This document shows, piece after piece, positions 1 through 10,193 of a DNA stretch of 64,000 nucleotides. The notes beneath the pieces were generated by a model, which was not told the DNA's origin, searched no databases, and saw nothing but the letters and a program-made list of their open reading frames with translations. Both the position numbers and the translations under genes were made by a program. This stretch comes from an uncultured Gemmatimonadales bacterium (GTDB lineage: Bacteria; Gemmatimonadota; Gemmatimonadetes; Gemmatimonadales; GWC2-71-9): assembly GCA_963828735.1 (NCBI GenBank), contig CAWHFW010000005.1, positions 736,001 to 800,000 of the forward strand, given 5' to 3'. The first letter of the stretch is position 1. Each line of letters starts with the position of its first letter.

Positions 1-41
1 GTGGAGCCCTGTTGTTGTCGTGACGGTCAGGCCGGCGCCGG

Positions 42-974
42 TCAGTTGCCGCCGCCCAGAATCGGCCGGTGGATCAGGGCCGGAATCACCGGGATCACCT
101 CGAGCACCAACCTTCCCCTGTCTCCATATGTGTCCTGGCTGACAACCGAGTACTCGGCACCGAGCGAGAGCTTGACCGGCATCTTGCCGAACAGGGCGGT
201 TTTTGCGACGCTGAGGCCGACGGGCACGTTCCACTTGTTGCCGTCTGTGGCCCTGTGGTCGTAGGTGATGGTCGGGTCGAAGGCGATCTGCCAGGCGTTC
301 GGCAGGTTATACGCGAAGAAGTAGAGCAGGTTCATGAAGCTGGCGTCCTTGACGCCGGGCTCGCGGTCGCCCTGCGATCCGATGCCGAAGTAGTACTGGG
401 CAAACGCGCCGAAGGTCGCTGCTGGTGTCCGGTAGCCCACAACCGCGGACGGACCGATGCCCCATTGGTCGCGACCGAAGGCATCGTGGCTCGCGGTGGG
501 AAACAGGAAGGCAGGTCCGGCGCCGAGGATCCAGTTCCCGGTCGGGGGCGCGATCACGGTCGGCAGCTGGATGTCACCCAGCCCGCCGGTGTGGCCGAAG
601 CTGTTGAGACCGGTCGGAACCGGCTGACTGAACAGCACTGGAATGGTGGGCCGCGCGATGAGGTTCCACCGGTTCGCCCCGGTGCCGTGGAGTGGCACCG
701 GGAGAATCGGCTGAAAGAGCATGCTGCTCCCGACCTTCGCGTCGCCCTGATTCAGGTCGCCGTCTGCAAGGCTGGCGTCGAATCGAGTGAACAAGGCCCA
801 CACATCCGAGAGCGGGTTCGAGAGTTTTTTGCCGGTCTCCGCGACGTCGTTGGCCGAGCCCGCCGCTGACTGGGGCTCCTGTGCGCCGGCCACTGGTACG
901 AACCAGATAGACGCGAGCACACTCGCCGCAGCCAGACATGATCGCATGCGCTGGATTGGGTTAGCGCATCGCAT
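42..974 (-). CDS. Putative outer-membrane beta-barrel/transporter protein with signal peptide
   Basis: 310-aa ORF; signal peptide ending PVAGA|QE; KKLSNPL motif followed by alternating aromatic beta-strands (NLIARPTIP, GLGDI, WILGAGPAFLFPTA, QWGIGPSAV) typical of these barrel-like proteins. Confidence 0.6.
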   Translation of the reverse strand: MRCANPIQRMRSCLAAASVLASIWFVPVAGAQEPQSAAGSANDVAETGKKLSNPLSDVWALFTRFDASLADGDLNQGDAKVGSSMLFQPILPVPLHGTGANRWNLIARPTIPVLFSQPVPTGLNSFGHTGGLGDIQLPTVIAPPTGNWILGAGPAFLFPTASHDAFGRDQWGIGPSAVVGYRTPAATFGAFAQYYFGIGSQGDREPGVKDASFMNLLYFFAYNLPNAWQIAFDPTITYDHRATDGNKWNVPVGLSVAKTALFGKMPVKLSLGAEYSVVSQDTYGDRGRLVLEVIPVIPALIHRPILGGGN

Positions 975-991
975 GCGCGTGACCTCCTGCG

Positions 992-3228
992 CTATGGCCG
1001 TGCATACACGACCATCATCACCGAGTCCATAACGGCCTTCCTGGCGGCGACCTCGCTGGCGGTCAGGGTCTCTGACTTGGGCGCCTGCTCATAGCTGTCA
1101 TATTCGTAGCCCATCTGCGCCGGTACGATCGGTCTCGCTGACCGGCAAATACACGGCCTTACCGCTTCTGTCGCCGTAGGCGAACTTGCGGTCGAGGTAC
1201 TTGGGATCGGTGGGATTCTTGTTGCCGAGCCGGTTCCAGCTCTCCCACAGCCGGTCGATGTTGGCGTGGTGGAGATAAAAGATCGGATCCGCTCCCACCG
1301 TGGAGAATTCCGCCATGTCGCCGCCGAGTGCGAAATGAGTGAAGAAGTGCGGGTTCTGGTCCAAGTGGGGCTCAAACCCGAGGCCACCGTTCGCCGAGTC
1401 GATGTAAAACTTCTCGTTGAGGGCATCCAGGCTGATCCAGTTCCGGTACAGGAGGTCGATCCGTTCGCCGGCATTGACCCAGGGCCAGCGAGTGGGGTTG
1501 AACAGCGCGCTGCCCGGATCCCGGAACTGCGGCCGGAACGATGAGATCGTCGGGGTTTCCGGTGACCGGGTTCCAGTAGGGCAGGGTGAAGCTGTCGTCG
1601 TGCAGCACCTCGCGGATGACTCCCTCGAACTGGTGCAGCATGAGTCGGTGCCAGGGCAGGAAGAACCACTGCTGAAAATGTTCCGGGTCGGAGGGATCGT
1701 GGGCGTGTGCCTGGCAGCCGTTCCACACGGCCCAGGCCGCTGCCCGGTACTGCGGCGGCAGTGAGTCGATCGCTTCCTTCTTGCGCTTCTGGGACAAGTC
1801 CCACAGGAACGCCGGGTAACCCTTGATCCAATGGGTATTCCACCACCAGGTCCAGGAGCGGGTATCGTATGCCGGCAACGTCTTCATGATCTCGACCGCC
1901 CGGGCGTATTTCTGGAGCATGACCTGGCCTTCCGGGCTGTTGACGTTGTAGCGGATGGAGGGCTTCGTCGAATCCCGGGAGGCCGCCCGCGCGTTGCTGG
2001 AGAGCGCCCCTCCAGCACTGAAAGGGGCGTCCCAGATGCGGAAAGGCAGGCTTTTCGGACCACCGGGGGAGTTCCCCCCGGTGTTGATGGAAACCTTCTT
2101 TGGCGCTTCGCTCTTCGTCGCCGCTGTCGGCTTCGGCTTGAAGAAGTCCAGCATCAGCACGTCATGCGACCCGGTGTGGGTCTCGAGATGCGGGTCGAAG
2201 AACACCAGAGCGCCGGCCGACTGGATCATCCCGCTCACCAGGTGGAATTCATTGCCGATCACCGCACCCGCGACGCCGTGGCGCGGCATCATCATGGGGG
2301 GCAGTGTGATCCACGTGTTGATCGCCGGGTCGTACGCCTGGACGCCGTTGTACGCGCCGACCAGACCGTTGGTCGTGATCTCGCCGCCCGCCACGTAGAT
2401 CAGCTTGCCGTCGGAACCCCAGGCCCCGCCGCTTCGGGCATACGGCATCCGCTCTCTCGGAGCACCCCACGAGTCGTTCAGCGGATTGTACACTTCCACC
2501 GCGTCGGTATTGGTGGCGCTCAGGATGAAGGCGTGGCCGGTGCGGCCGCCGATCACGTAGATCTTGCCATCGACGACGCCGCCGTACGCGTGATTGCGCG
2601 CCACCGTCATCGGGGTGCGGGTCTCCCACTTATTCGTTGCGGGATCGTACACCTCGTTGGTGGTGAGCTACCTTGGCCGGCCCGTACGCGGTGAAGAACG
2701 AGTCCTTGGATGCGTCCACCGTGGTGGCGCCACCCATGATGTAGATCTTGCCGCCCGACTTCGGAGGCCAGAGCGGAGCCGCGCCTGGTGGGCATCGGGG
2801 CCAGCGACTTCCAGGTATCGGCGGCCGGGTCGTACTCCCAGGTGTCGTTAATGGGTTGCCACGCGGCGCCCAGCGGCACGGTCGTGTTGGCGGGGGGGAT
2901 GAAACCACCGAAGACGTAAATCTTCCCGTTCAGAGTGGCCATGGCCGCGTGGTGGGCCGGCCGCGGCATGGACTTTTTCTCGGTCCATCTGTCGGTGGCG
3001 GGGTCGTACTACGTAGTTGAAGCCTCCAGCCTTACCGTCGGCCCACCCGCCCATCACGTACATCTTGCCGTTGGCGGCGGCGCCGTAGAGCTCCTCGTCC
3101 GGCTTCGGGAATGGCGCCGCCTTCTTCCACGGAGATGTCGGTGGCATCTGCGCCAGCGCGGCCGTGGCAAGACCCAGGCTGACGAGTGCGGTGAGTACCG
3201 CGGTTCTTCGTTGCAGCAGATTCGACAT
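992..3228 (-). CDS. Secreted kelch-repeat beta-propeller fused to a tyrosinase (type-3 copper) domain; about 6 frameshifts in this assembly
   Basis: Signal peptide [26 protein letters not shown]; kelch units ([32 protein letters not shown]); CuA His in WNTH, CQAH and FFLPWHR; CuB His in NPHFFTH and DPIFYLHH; stitched from ORF pieces 2848-3387, 2607-2969, 2630-2908, 1372-2652, 992-1846 and 1098-1364. Confidence 0.8.
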
Positions 3229-3260
3229 GAAGCACTCCCTTCGAGAAAGTTGATGGTCGT

Positions 3261-3983
3261 TCACTTCGTGTTGACGATCAGGCCAAACATCAGGTAGTCG
3301 ACATCCTTGAGTCCGTCGCTCTTTTCCCAGAGGTAGGACGGCTGAAACGACACCTGCTTCGTGAGCGGCAGCGTGACGCCGGCCCACACGCGATCTTTGC
3401 TCCAGCCAGCACCGCCGCCGTCATAGGTGGCCTCGTATGCGGCAAAGGGCTGCCAGATGTGGTGTTGAACCGCGAGCGGATGCGAGATCATGACTCGACC
3501 GCGATAGCGGTTGATATCCTCTCTTGGAGCTGGCAGAAACCTTCTGACATACATGTTGCGGACGGCGATCTGGAACTTCCGGAGGGCGAACCCCACGGTG
3601 CCGTCGATGCGGAACTGGTGCTCCCCATAGCTGTCGGTGAATCCTGCCGGCTCCGGCGCGAGCTTATTGAGCCCGCTGGCAGGAACCGAGTAGTACATGT
3701 AGCTGGGCGTAATCGTCAGAAACTTTGTCGCCCGAATAGGGACGTCCACCTGCCCGACCGGTGCTTTCAGGTCGCCGATGTAAAATCCGTAGAATCTCAG
3801 AGCGACCTGTTTTTGCAGCGGGGCGTTGAGCTCCAGGTAGCCGGAAGGCGCGAACACCGAGCCCGATCCACTGCCTGAAGGCGCGTCCACTTCCTGGGCT
3901 ACGCACGGCTGGCCAAACGATGCCAGACCAATCACCAGAAGACCTGGCACCAGATGCGCCGCGAAACGTGGGAATTCTTTCAT
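3261..3983 (-). CDS. DUF2490-like outer-membrane beta-barrel protein
   Basis: ATG at 3983 after GGAGG; signal peptide; motifs EHQFR, RNMYVRR, RYRGRV and DRVWAGV; amphipathic strands. Confidence 0.65.
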   Translation of the reverse strand: MKEFPRFAAHLVPGLLVIGLASFGQPCVAQEVDAPSGSGSGSVFAPSGYLELNAPLQKQVALRFYGFYIGDLKAPVGQVDVPIRATKFLTITPSYMYYSVPASGLNKLAPEPAGFTDSYGEHQFRIDGTVGFALRKFQIAVRNMYVRRFLPAPREDINRYRGRVMISHPLAVQHHIWQPFAAYEATYDGGGAGWSKDRVWAGVTLPLTKQVSFQPSYLWEKSDGLKDVDYLMFGLIVNTK

Positions 3984-4119
3984 ACCCTCCCCTCTTATCC
4001 GGTTGGTTGTGAGCACCGCCTGCGACGGCGAACTCCGTCGCACGGCCATCATTCTACGGCCGAGCCGTTGCGGGCTCTTGAACGCGGCAGAGGAATGAAA
4101 TTGCTATCTTCAGCGACGC

Positions 4120-4224
4120 TCACAGCACACCCACCAGGGTGTAGAAGACGAGCATCGCCGCACCCATTGTGGCCGCAATGATCCCCTGCTGGCGGAACGT
4201 GAGCGGCCTGCGGTCCTGGTTCAT
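4120..4224 (-). CDS. 34-aa single-TM micropeptide, copy 1 (MNQDRRPLTFRQQGIIAATMGAAMLVFYTLVGVL)
   Basis: Translated by hand; GGAGG RBS; paralog at 10194-10298 with the same length and synonymous changes; absent from the ORF track. Confidence 0.75.
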   Translation of the reverse strand: MNQDRRPLTFRQQGIIAATMGAAMLVFYTLVGVL

Positions 4225-4233
4225 ATCATCCTC

Positions 4234-4401
4234 CTAGGCAGCAACGCGCGTGACCGAATCGATCACAGAATCGATCAGCAGCTGAACGGCCGCGGCTGAC
4301 TGCTTGCGCCGTTCCAGGTCTTTCACGATCTGACGCTGCGCCCGGACGATCGACTCTTGTATGTTTCTGGCCGCCGGTAGACCCTCGTAGTCCTTCTTCA
4401 T
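4234..4401 (-). CDS. 55-aa helical small protein (MKKDYEGLPAARNIQESI...DSVTRVAA)
   Basis: GAGGAG RBS; paralogous pieces at 10370-10422 and 12093-12275. Confidence 0.7.
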   Translation of the reverse strand: MKKDYEGLPAARNIQESIVRAQRQIVKDLERRKQSAAAVQLLIDSVIDSVTRVAA

Positions 4402-4444
4402 TGTCATTCTCCTCGTGCTAGCAAACCTTCTGAAGAACTTGTCC

Positions 4445-4600
4445 GTCGTGACGGCGCACATAATGCGACGGCGCGCGAGGCGCCACCATTCAGCAAACGG
4501 TTAGAAGTCAGTACGACTTTTCTTCACTGTGGCTACGACTTTCGACGGCGAGACGATCGGCGTACGGGGTATAGCGCAAAGGTCGTAGTTCCACCCCCTC
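4445..4600. promoter_or_regulatory. Conserved regulatory module, copy 1, with TACGACTTT boxes
   Basis: GTACGACTTT at 4511, CTACGACTTT at 4533 (22-bp spacing), inverted AAGGTCGTAG at 4579; homologous to 11721-11930 and 12370-12500. Confidence 0.65.
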
Positions 4601-4652
4601 CTTTCGGACGCATCAAGGCCTCTCGGCTCTGGGTGGGGTCCGCGCCGGCGAC

Positions 4653-4833
4653 GGATGCCGTCGCGCGGCGCGGATACTATGCGGGGAAGGTCGTGCGGAG
4701 GTGAACGCTACAGAGGAACGAAATTGCGGCGGCTGCCGATCCGCACCGACGCGGGATGCCGTCGCACGGGGCTGATACTACGCGGGAAAGGTCGAGAGGG
4801 CGTGAACGCTACAGAGGAACGAAATTGCGGCGG
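4653..4833. repeat. Imperfect direct repeat, two 80-bp copies with 101-bp period
   Basis: GGATGCCGTCGC...GTGAACGCTACAGAGGAACGAAATTGCGGCGG at 4653-4732 and 4754-4833. Confidence 0.85.
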
Positions 4834-7800
4834 ACGAGCCGGCTCCACAGCACGGACCATCGGGAACGCTCAGGCAGGACGAGGACCACCTCAGTGCCGG
4901 CACCCGGTGCGCTCGTGATGGTGAGCCTGGCGCCGATCGCCGACGCCCGCTCCCGCATGCCGACCAGGCCCCAGTGTCCCTTCGGGCTCCCCTGCTTGGG
5001 GTCGAACCCACCTCCGTCGTCGCGCACAGCCATGCTGAGCGCTCGGGAATCGTAGGCGCAGGCCACCCACACGGTGCGGCAGCCGGCGTGGCGCCGCGCA
5101 TTCGTCATGGCCTCACCGGCGATGCTGACCAGCTCCGCCTCGAGCGCCGGCGGGTAGGGACGTGCGGTGCCTGTCTGCGTGAGGTGGATCACGATCTCCG
5201 TCTCGGCAAAGGTCCGCTGCGCCGCGCCGGCCAGTTGGTCGTGAAGCAAGCCGGCGTTGGAGCGGGTGCGCATGGCGAGCACGAACCGTCTAGTCTCGGC
5301 CAGCGTTTGCCGGGCCTGGACGCCCAGACTTGAGAGGAGGTTGGCGGCGGTCGCGGAGTTGCTGTCGCCCGCAGCCAGGCGTCCGGCGCCGGCCTCCAGT
5401 TGCAGTGCGACCCCTGCCAGGCCGTTCGAGCAGCGTGTCGTGCAGCTCGCGGGCGACGCGGGTGCGCTCCGCGAGGATCGCCTCGAAACGCGCCTGAGTG
5501 CGCGCCGCGGCCAGACGCCCGCGACGGCGCTGCCACGCGACCGCGGCGATGGCCGGCGTCGTCAGGAGGGTGAAGGCGACGAGTCCCAAGAACCACCAGG
5601 TCTGGTTCCACGCCGGAGCGATGGCAAAGGCCAGTGACGCACCGGTGGTGTTCCAGACGCCGTCGTCATTCGCGGCGATGACGCGGAACCGGTAGCGGCC
5701 AGGCGCCAGGTTGGTGAAGAACGCCTCGCGGCGGCTGCCGGCATCCTGCCATGTGTCCTGGAGACCTTCAAGCCGGTACTTGAACCGCACCCGGTCGGGA
5801 ATGGCCAGGCTGTAGGCCGTGTACGCCACGCTGAGCGCGGTGGTGCGTGCCGGCAGCCGTACCGTGTCGACGGCCGACTGCCCGAGGAAGTAGCGCTGCC
5901 GTCCGGCCGTGAGCGCGCGCACCTGCACCGGCGGCGGCACCGGGTTGCGCCGCACCCGATGCGGGTCGACCCAGGCGACGCCCCCCGCGGAGGCGAACCA
6001 GATGCGGCCGTCCGGGCCGGCCGCGGCCGAGGGCAACGGACGGACTTGCTGCGCCGGGGGCTCGATGCCGTCGCGGTAATCGAGGCGCTCGTACCGGACC
6101 TGGTACCCGGGCTCGGCGTGTGCTCGACGAACCTCCGCCGCCGGAATCCGGGTGACGCCGTCGGCGCCGTTGAGCCAGAGCTCCCCATCTGCCGTCTCGA
6201 CCACGCCCGACACGCCGCGCAGCGGCTCCCCGGCCGTGAGCATCGGGACAAACAGGTGGCCCCGCCTGTCGGCCTCACGTGGGTCGAATGCGGCCACGCC
6301 GGACTGGCCTCCGATCCACACGCGGTCGCCGTACACGGAGATGGCGAGGACGCGTCCCACGTCGAGTCCCTGTTCCGCCCCGAACAGGCGGACCGAGTCG
6401 CCCACCACCAGCACCAGCTCGCCACTCTGGTATCCCAGCCACGTCCGGCCGCTGGTGTCGGTGGTAATCACGTTGGCGGGACTGCGCTCGAGCCCTGGCC
6501 GCGGCACGAACTGCTTCCAGCCGCGCCCGGGCCGGCGGCGGAAGACGCCGGCATTGAACGCGATCGCCACCCACAGCCCGCCGTCCCGCTCACGCGCCAC
6601 CGCCTGGATCTCGCGCTCGAAGGCCGCTCCTCCCGACTGCACCGGCGGCAGGGGCACGGGAGCGAACGCGTCACCTTTCCGCTCCCAGAGTCCGATCCCG
6701 CCAATCCAGAGGCCGCCGCGGAGATCGCGGTAGATGCACGTCAGCATCGGGGGGGCGTCGAGCCGCGGGACGATGCGGTCACCGACCCTGAGCAGAGCCG
6801 CCGGCGGACCGCGTCTCGTGGCGACCCACGCCGTTCCGCTGGTGTCCGGCGCGACGGCCGCCAATTCCAGGTACCCCGGCGGTGCGATCGGGGTGAGCTT
6901 GGTCTCGCGAAACCGGTCGATGCCGGTCGGGGTCCCGACCCAGAGGCTCCCCTCCCGATCGTACAGCGCGGCCACGATGAGATTCCCACTCATGCCCGCA
7001 GTGCGGGAGAAAGGGATGGTGAGCGCCCTTGGCGAAACGGTCTCCGGCGTCCCGGCCTCGCCGCCCCCGAGGGTGGAAAGCCACAGACGGACGAGGCGGC
7101 CCGAGGTTCCAATGGCCACCACGGGATTGTCCCGGGACCAGCTCAGGGAGTAGATGCCGGTATCGGGGTATGCGAGCGTGCGGGATGGCGGCGGGCCCCC
7201 GCGGCCGTCCGCCAGAGGGAACACGCCGTACGATCGGTGGACGGCCCAGACCGAGCCGTCCGGCGCCGCCACCAAGTCCAGCTCGCCATCGCGGCGGCCG
7301 GCCCGGGTCGGCTCGCGCTTCTCGAAGCGCGCCGCCCCTCTCGGTAGGATGTAGATCCCGTCTCCCGCCACGGCCCAGACCGACCCGCTCCCGTCCACGA
7401 GGACCGGCTCGGTGTAGCCTCCCGGATATCCGGCGGCGGTGTCGATCGTCTCCCACCGCCCGCCGACGAGCCGGGCGAGTCCACGCGACGTCGCGGCCCA
7501 CATCGTGCCGCCCGAGTCCCGCGCGATCGCGGTCACGGCGCCGCCCGGCAGGCCGTCCTGGGTGCCGTAGGTGAGGATCCTGCCCCGACGGAAGACGCTC
7601 ACGCCGGCAGTCAAGTGGCCAATCCACAGGGAAGTGTCCGGCAGAGCGAGCAGGACGTTGGGCGCGTGCGGCAGGAGAGTCTGGCCCGGCGGGGGCTCGA
7701 ATCGCTCGAACCGAACGCCGTCGAACTGGAAGAGGCCGCGCGCCGAGGCGATCCAGAGCACGCCGTCCGCCCCTTGCGCCAGATAGCTGATCCCCCCCGG

Positions 7801-7974
7801 CGCCCCGTCCCGCACCCCCCACGCGGTATGCGCGTACTGGGCGAGGTCGAGCGACTGTGCCGAGAGGGAGGCGCACGGGCAGCAAGCCACGATGCAGGCG
7901 ATCCGCGCGATCGCCTGCGTTGCTGAGGCCGCTCGCGGCGCGTGACCGCGATGCGCACACGCACGCCGGCTCAT
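4809..7974 (-). CDS. Sensor histidine kinase with periplasmic beta-propeller, Y_Y_Y domain, TM, HisKA_3 and HATPase; frameshift near 5420
   Basis: Propeller repeats (DGVLWI, DSGGTMW, DREGSLWVGT); FKYRLEG...FTNLAPGRYRFRVIAANDDGVW; ERTRVARELHDTL; EAMTNARRHA, DDGGGF, HWGLVGMRERA; start codon uncertain. Confidence 0.9.
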
Positions 7975-8046
7975 GGCTCGAAGCACATTCTTCAGGCTAC
8001 AGCAAAGAACGGGGGAGTGCCAGAGCGGCAGCGACACTCCCGGACC

Positions 8047-8182
8047 TCACTGGGACCAGCTGGCCACGACGTCCGTTCCGGCGCCTGGCTCAGTGACGAA
8101 CATGAGGGCGACGGCGGCGCGGGCCGCGCGATGCATACTGGTCAGCCCAGCGTCGTCGGCACAAATGTTCTCGAGGTCGAAC
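8047..8182 (-). pseudogene. Orphan 3' tail of a histidine kinase (copy of about 17428-17565)
   Basis: [44 protein letters not shown] versus [45 protein letters not shown]. Confidence 0.85.
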
Positions 8183-9697
8183 TCACCCCATGCGGATGAG
8201 ACCGCGCTCCACCGCCTTGGCGACCGCATCGGTCCGGCTGCTCGCACCGAGCTTCTCCAACAGGTGGCTGAGATGGATCTTGACAGTGGCCTCGCTGATG
8301 AAGAGGGTCTCCCCGATCTCCCGGTTGGACTTCCCCTCGGCCACCTGGCGGAGCACGCGCATCTCCTGCGGTGTGATCTGCGCCCGGGTAATCCGCGCCA
8401 CCAGCTTAGACGCGACGGTAGGTGAGACCCACGTGCCGCCGGCGTGCACCGTACGCACGCAGGCTACTAGGTCGCCTCGGGCCACGTCCTTTAACAGGTA
8501 GCCCTTGGCTCCCGCGAGCAGCGTGCGATCGATGTCGTCGTCCGTGTCGAAGGTGGTCAGGACCACCAGCACCGCCTCGGGGAACTCCCGCCGCAGGCGC
8601 TCGACGACCTGGAACCCGTCCAATTTCGGCATCTGGAGATCCAGGAGCGCCACGTCCGGCCGCTCCTGGCGATACAGCACGATGGCGGATTCACCATCCT
8701 CCGCCTCCGCGACAACCCGGATGTCCGCCTGCTCGTTGAGGATCTGGGCAACGCCGTTCCGGACAATCGCGTGATCGTCGGCCAGGAGGACTCGGATGGG
8801 CACGCTCGCCAGAATGGCGGCGCGCACCGCGCCGACGGGCGGCGTCGCGACTGTCACCCTCGTCGCGCCGTCCGTCCCCAGCGCACGCCCGAATGCCTCG
8901 GCCGACTCGAACCGGTCGGCGGCGACAGGCGCGAGGGCGCGGGCCACCGCCTCGTCCACCGCGGCGGGCACGCTGGGTCGCGCGTGGCGTACCCTCGGCA
9001 CTTCGCCGCTGAAGCGCTTGGCGATGATGGCCTGCGCGCTGGGCCCGGTGAACGGCGGCTCGCCAGCCAGCATCTCGTAGAGCACGGCGCCGAGCGAGAA
9101 GATGTCGGTCCGGGCGTCGAGCGCGCGGTCGCCCGCGGCCTGCTCGGGGCTCATGTAGGCCGGGGTCCCGATCGCGAGTCCGATCTCGGTCAGCCGCTCA
9201 CCGTCGGGGGTGAGCGCGCGGGCGATGCCGAAGTCGGCGACCAGGGTCGAGCCGTCCACGGTGAGCAGAATGTTCTCGGGCTTGATGTCGCGGTGAACGA
9301 CGCCGTGCTTGTGGGCGTACTCGAGCGCGCGCGCCGCCTCGGTGGCGATCCGGAGCGCTGCGTCCACCGGCAGCTGTCGCTCGCGGGTCAGCCGATCGCG
9401 GAGCGACTCCCCTTCCACAAAGGGCATGGTGAACCAGAGCCGCCCATCCGCCTCGCCGGAGTCCAGCACAGTGAGAATGTGCGGGTGCTGGAGCCGGGCC
9501 GCGAGCCGGATCTCGAGCTTGAATCGCTCGGGGCCGAGCGTCTGGGCCAGGTCGGGGTCGAGGACCTTGAGCGCGACCAGGCGGTCGTGCCGGAGGTCGT
9601 GGGCGAGGTACACCGCAGCCATGCCACCGTGGCCCAACTCGCGGTCGAGCACGTACCGGTCGCGAAGCGCGTCGGCCAGGGCTGTGGGGACGGTCAC
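8183..9697 (-). CDS. Hanks-type Ser/Thr kinase fused to a NarL/LuxR-family response regulator (REC + HTH)
   Basis: One uninterrupted [35 protein letters not shown], then LLADDH, LLDLQMP, YLLK and LuxR HTH (SNREIGETLFISEATVKIH); likely GTG start at 9697. Confidence 0.9.
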   Translation of the reverse strand: MTVPTALADALRDRYVLDRELGHGGMAAVYLAHDLRHDRLVALKVLDPDLAQTLGPERFKLEIRLAARLQHPHILTVLDSGEADGRLWFTMPFVEGESLRDRLTRERQLPVDAALRIATEAARALEYAHKHGVVHRDIKPENILLTVDGSTLVADFGIARALTPDGERLTEIGLAIGTPAYMSPEQAAGDRALDARTDIFSLGAVLYEMLAGEPPFTGPSAQAIIAKRFSGEVPRVRHARPSVPAAVDEAVARALAPVAADRFESAEAFGRALGTDGATRVTVATPPVGAVRAAILASVPIRVLLADDHAIVRNGVAQILNEQADIRVVAEAEDGESAIVLYRQERPDVALLDLQMPKLDGFQVVERLRREFPEAVLVVLTTFDTDDDIDRTLLAGAKGYLLKDVARGDLVACVRTVHAGGTWVSPTVASKLVARITRAQITPQEMRVLRQVAEGKSNREIGETLFISEATVKIHLSHLLEKLGASSRTDAVAKAVERGLIRMG

Positions 9698-9840
9698 GGT
9701 GATGCCGGGTGGGGGTCGGGGACAAACCTGTGCGCCGCGGTGCCGGAATGCCAGCACGCGCGCGGGTAGATCTGGGCCACGCGGTTCTGGACGATCGCGT
9801 GGTCATCGGCCAGGAGGACTCGTAGGGGCACGCTCGCCAT
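9694..9840 (-). pseudogene. 48-codon ORF whose first ~24 codons duplicate the response regulator N-terminus
   Basis: MASVPLRVLLADDHAIVQNRVAQI; upstream TCCTGAGGTGAGATC identical to the sequence before 12589; its TGA overlaps the kinase GTG (GTGA). Confidence 0.8.
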
Positions 9841-10193
9841 GATCTCACCTCAGGATGCCTCGTCGGCCGAACGGGACTGGGCGAGGCCTGGGATCCAAGG
9901 TATCGCCGCCCAGCACCCCCCGTCCATTCGATAGGCAACGGAGCCGGCGCGGGGAGAGCCACGCCGATCACCTTGAGGCTACAGCGGAGGTCGGCGGGCT
10001 GCCAGAGCAGGAGGGAGGCTCCCGAACGCGCCCCGAGCGGGAATTACGTGACCTGCGGCTGGTTATCGGTCAGGGTGATGCCGGTATCGAGCATAGGCGC
10101 GCTCGATCTCACCGAGAATGGCGAAGGTGGGCACCAGCTCGGCGCCATCAGTCGGGCTCACGTGGGCGAGGTGAAAGCTTCACCCCGCGGGAC

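Noticed and set aside
4653..4833. Possible CRISPR array
   Set aside because: Only two long imperfect copies that include a gene end; no repeat-spacer pattern and no cas genes
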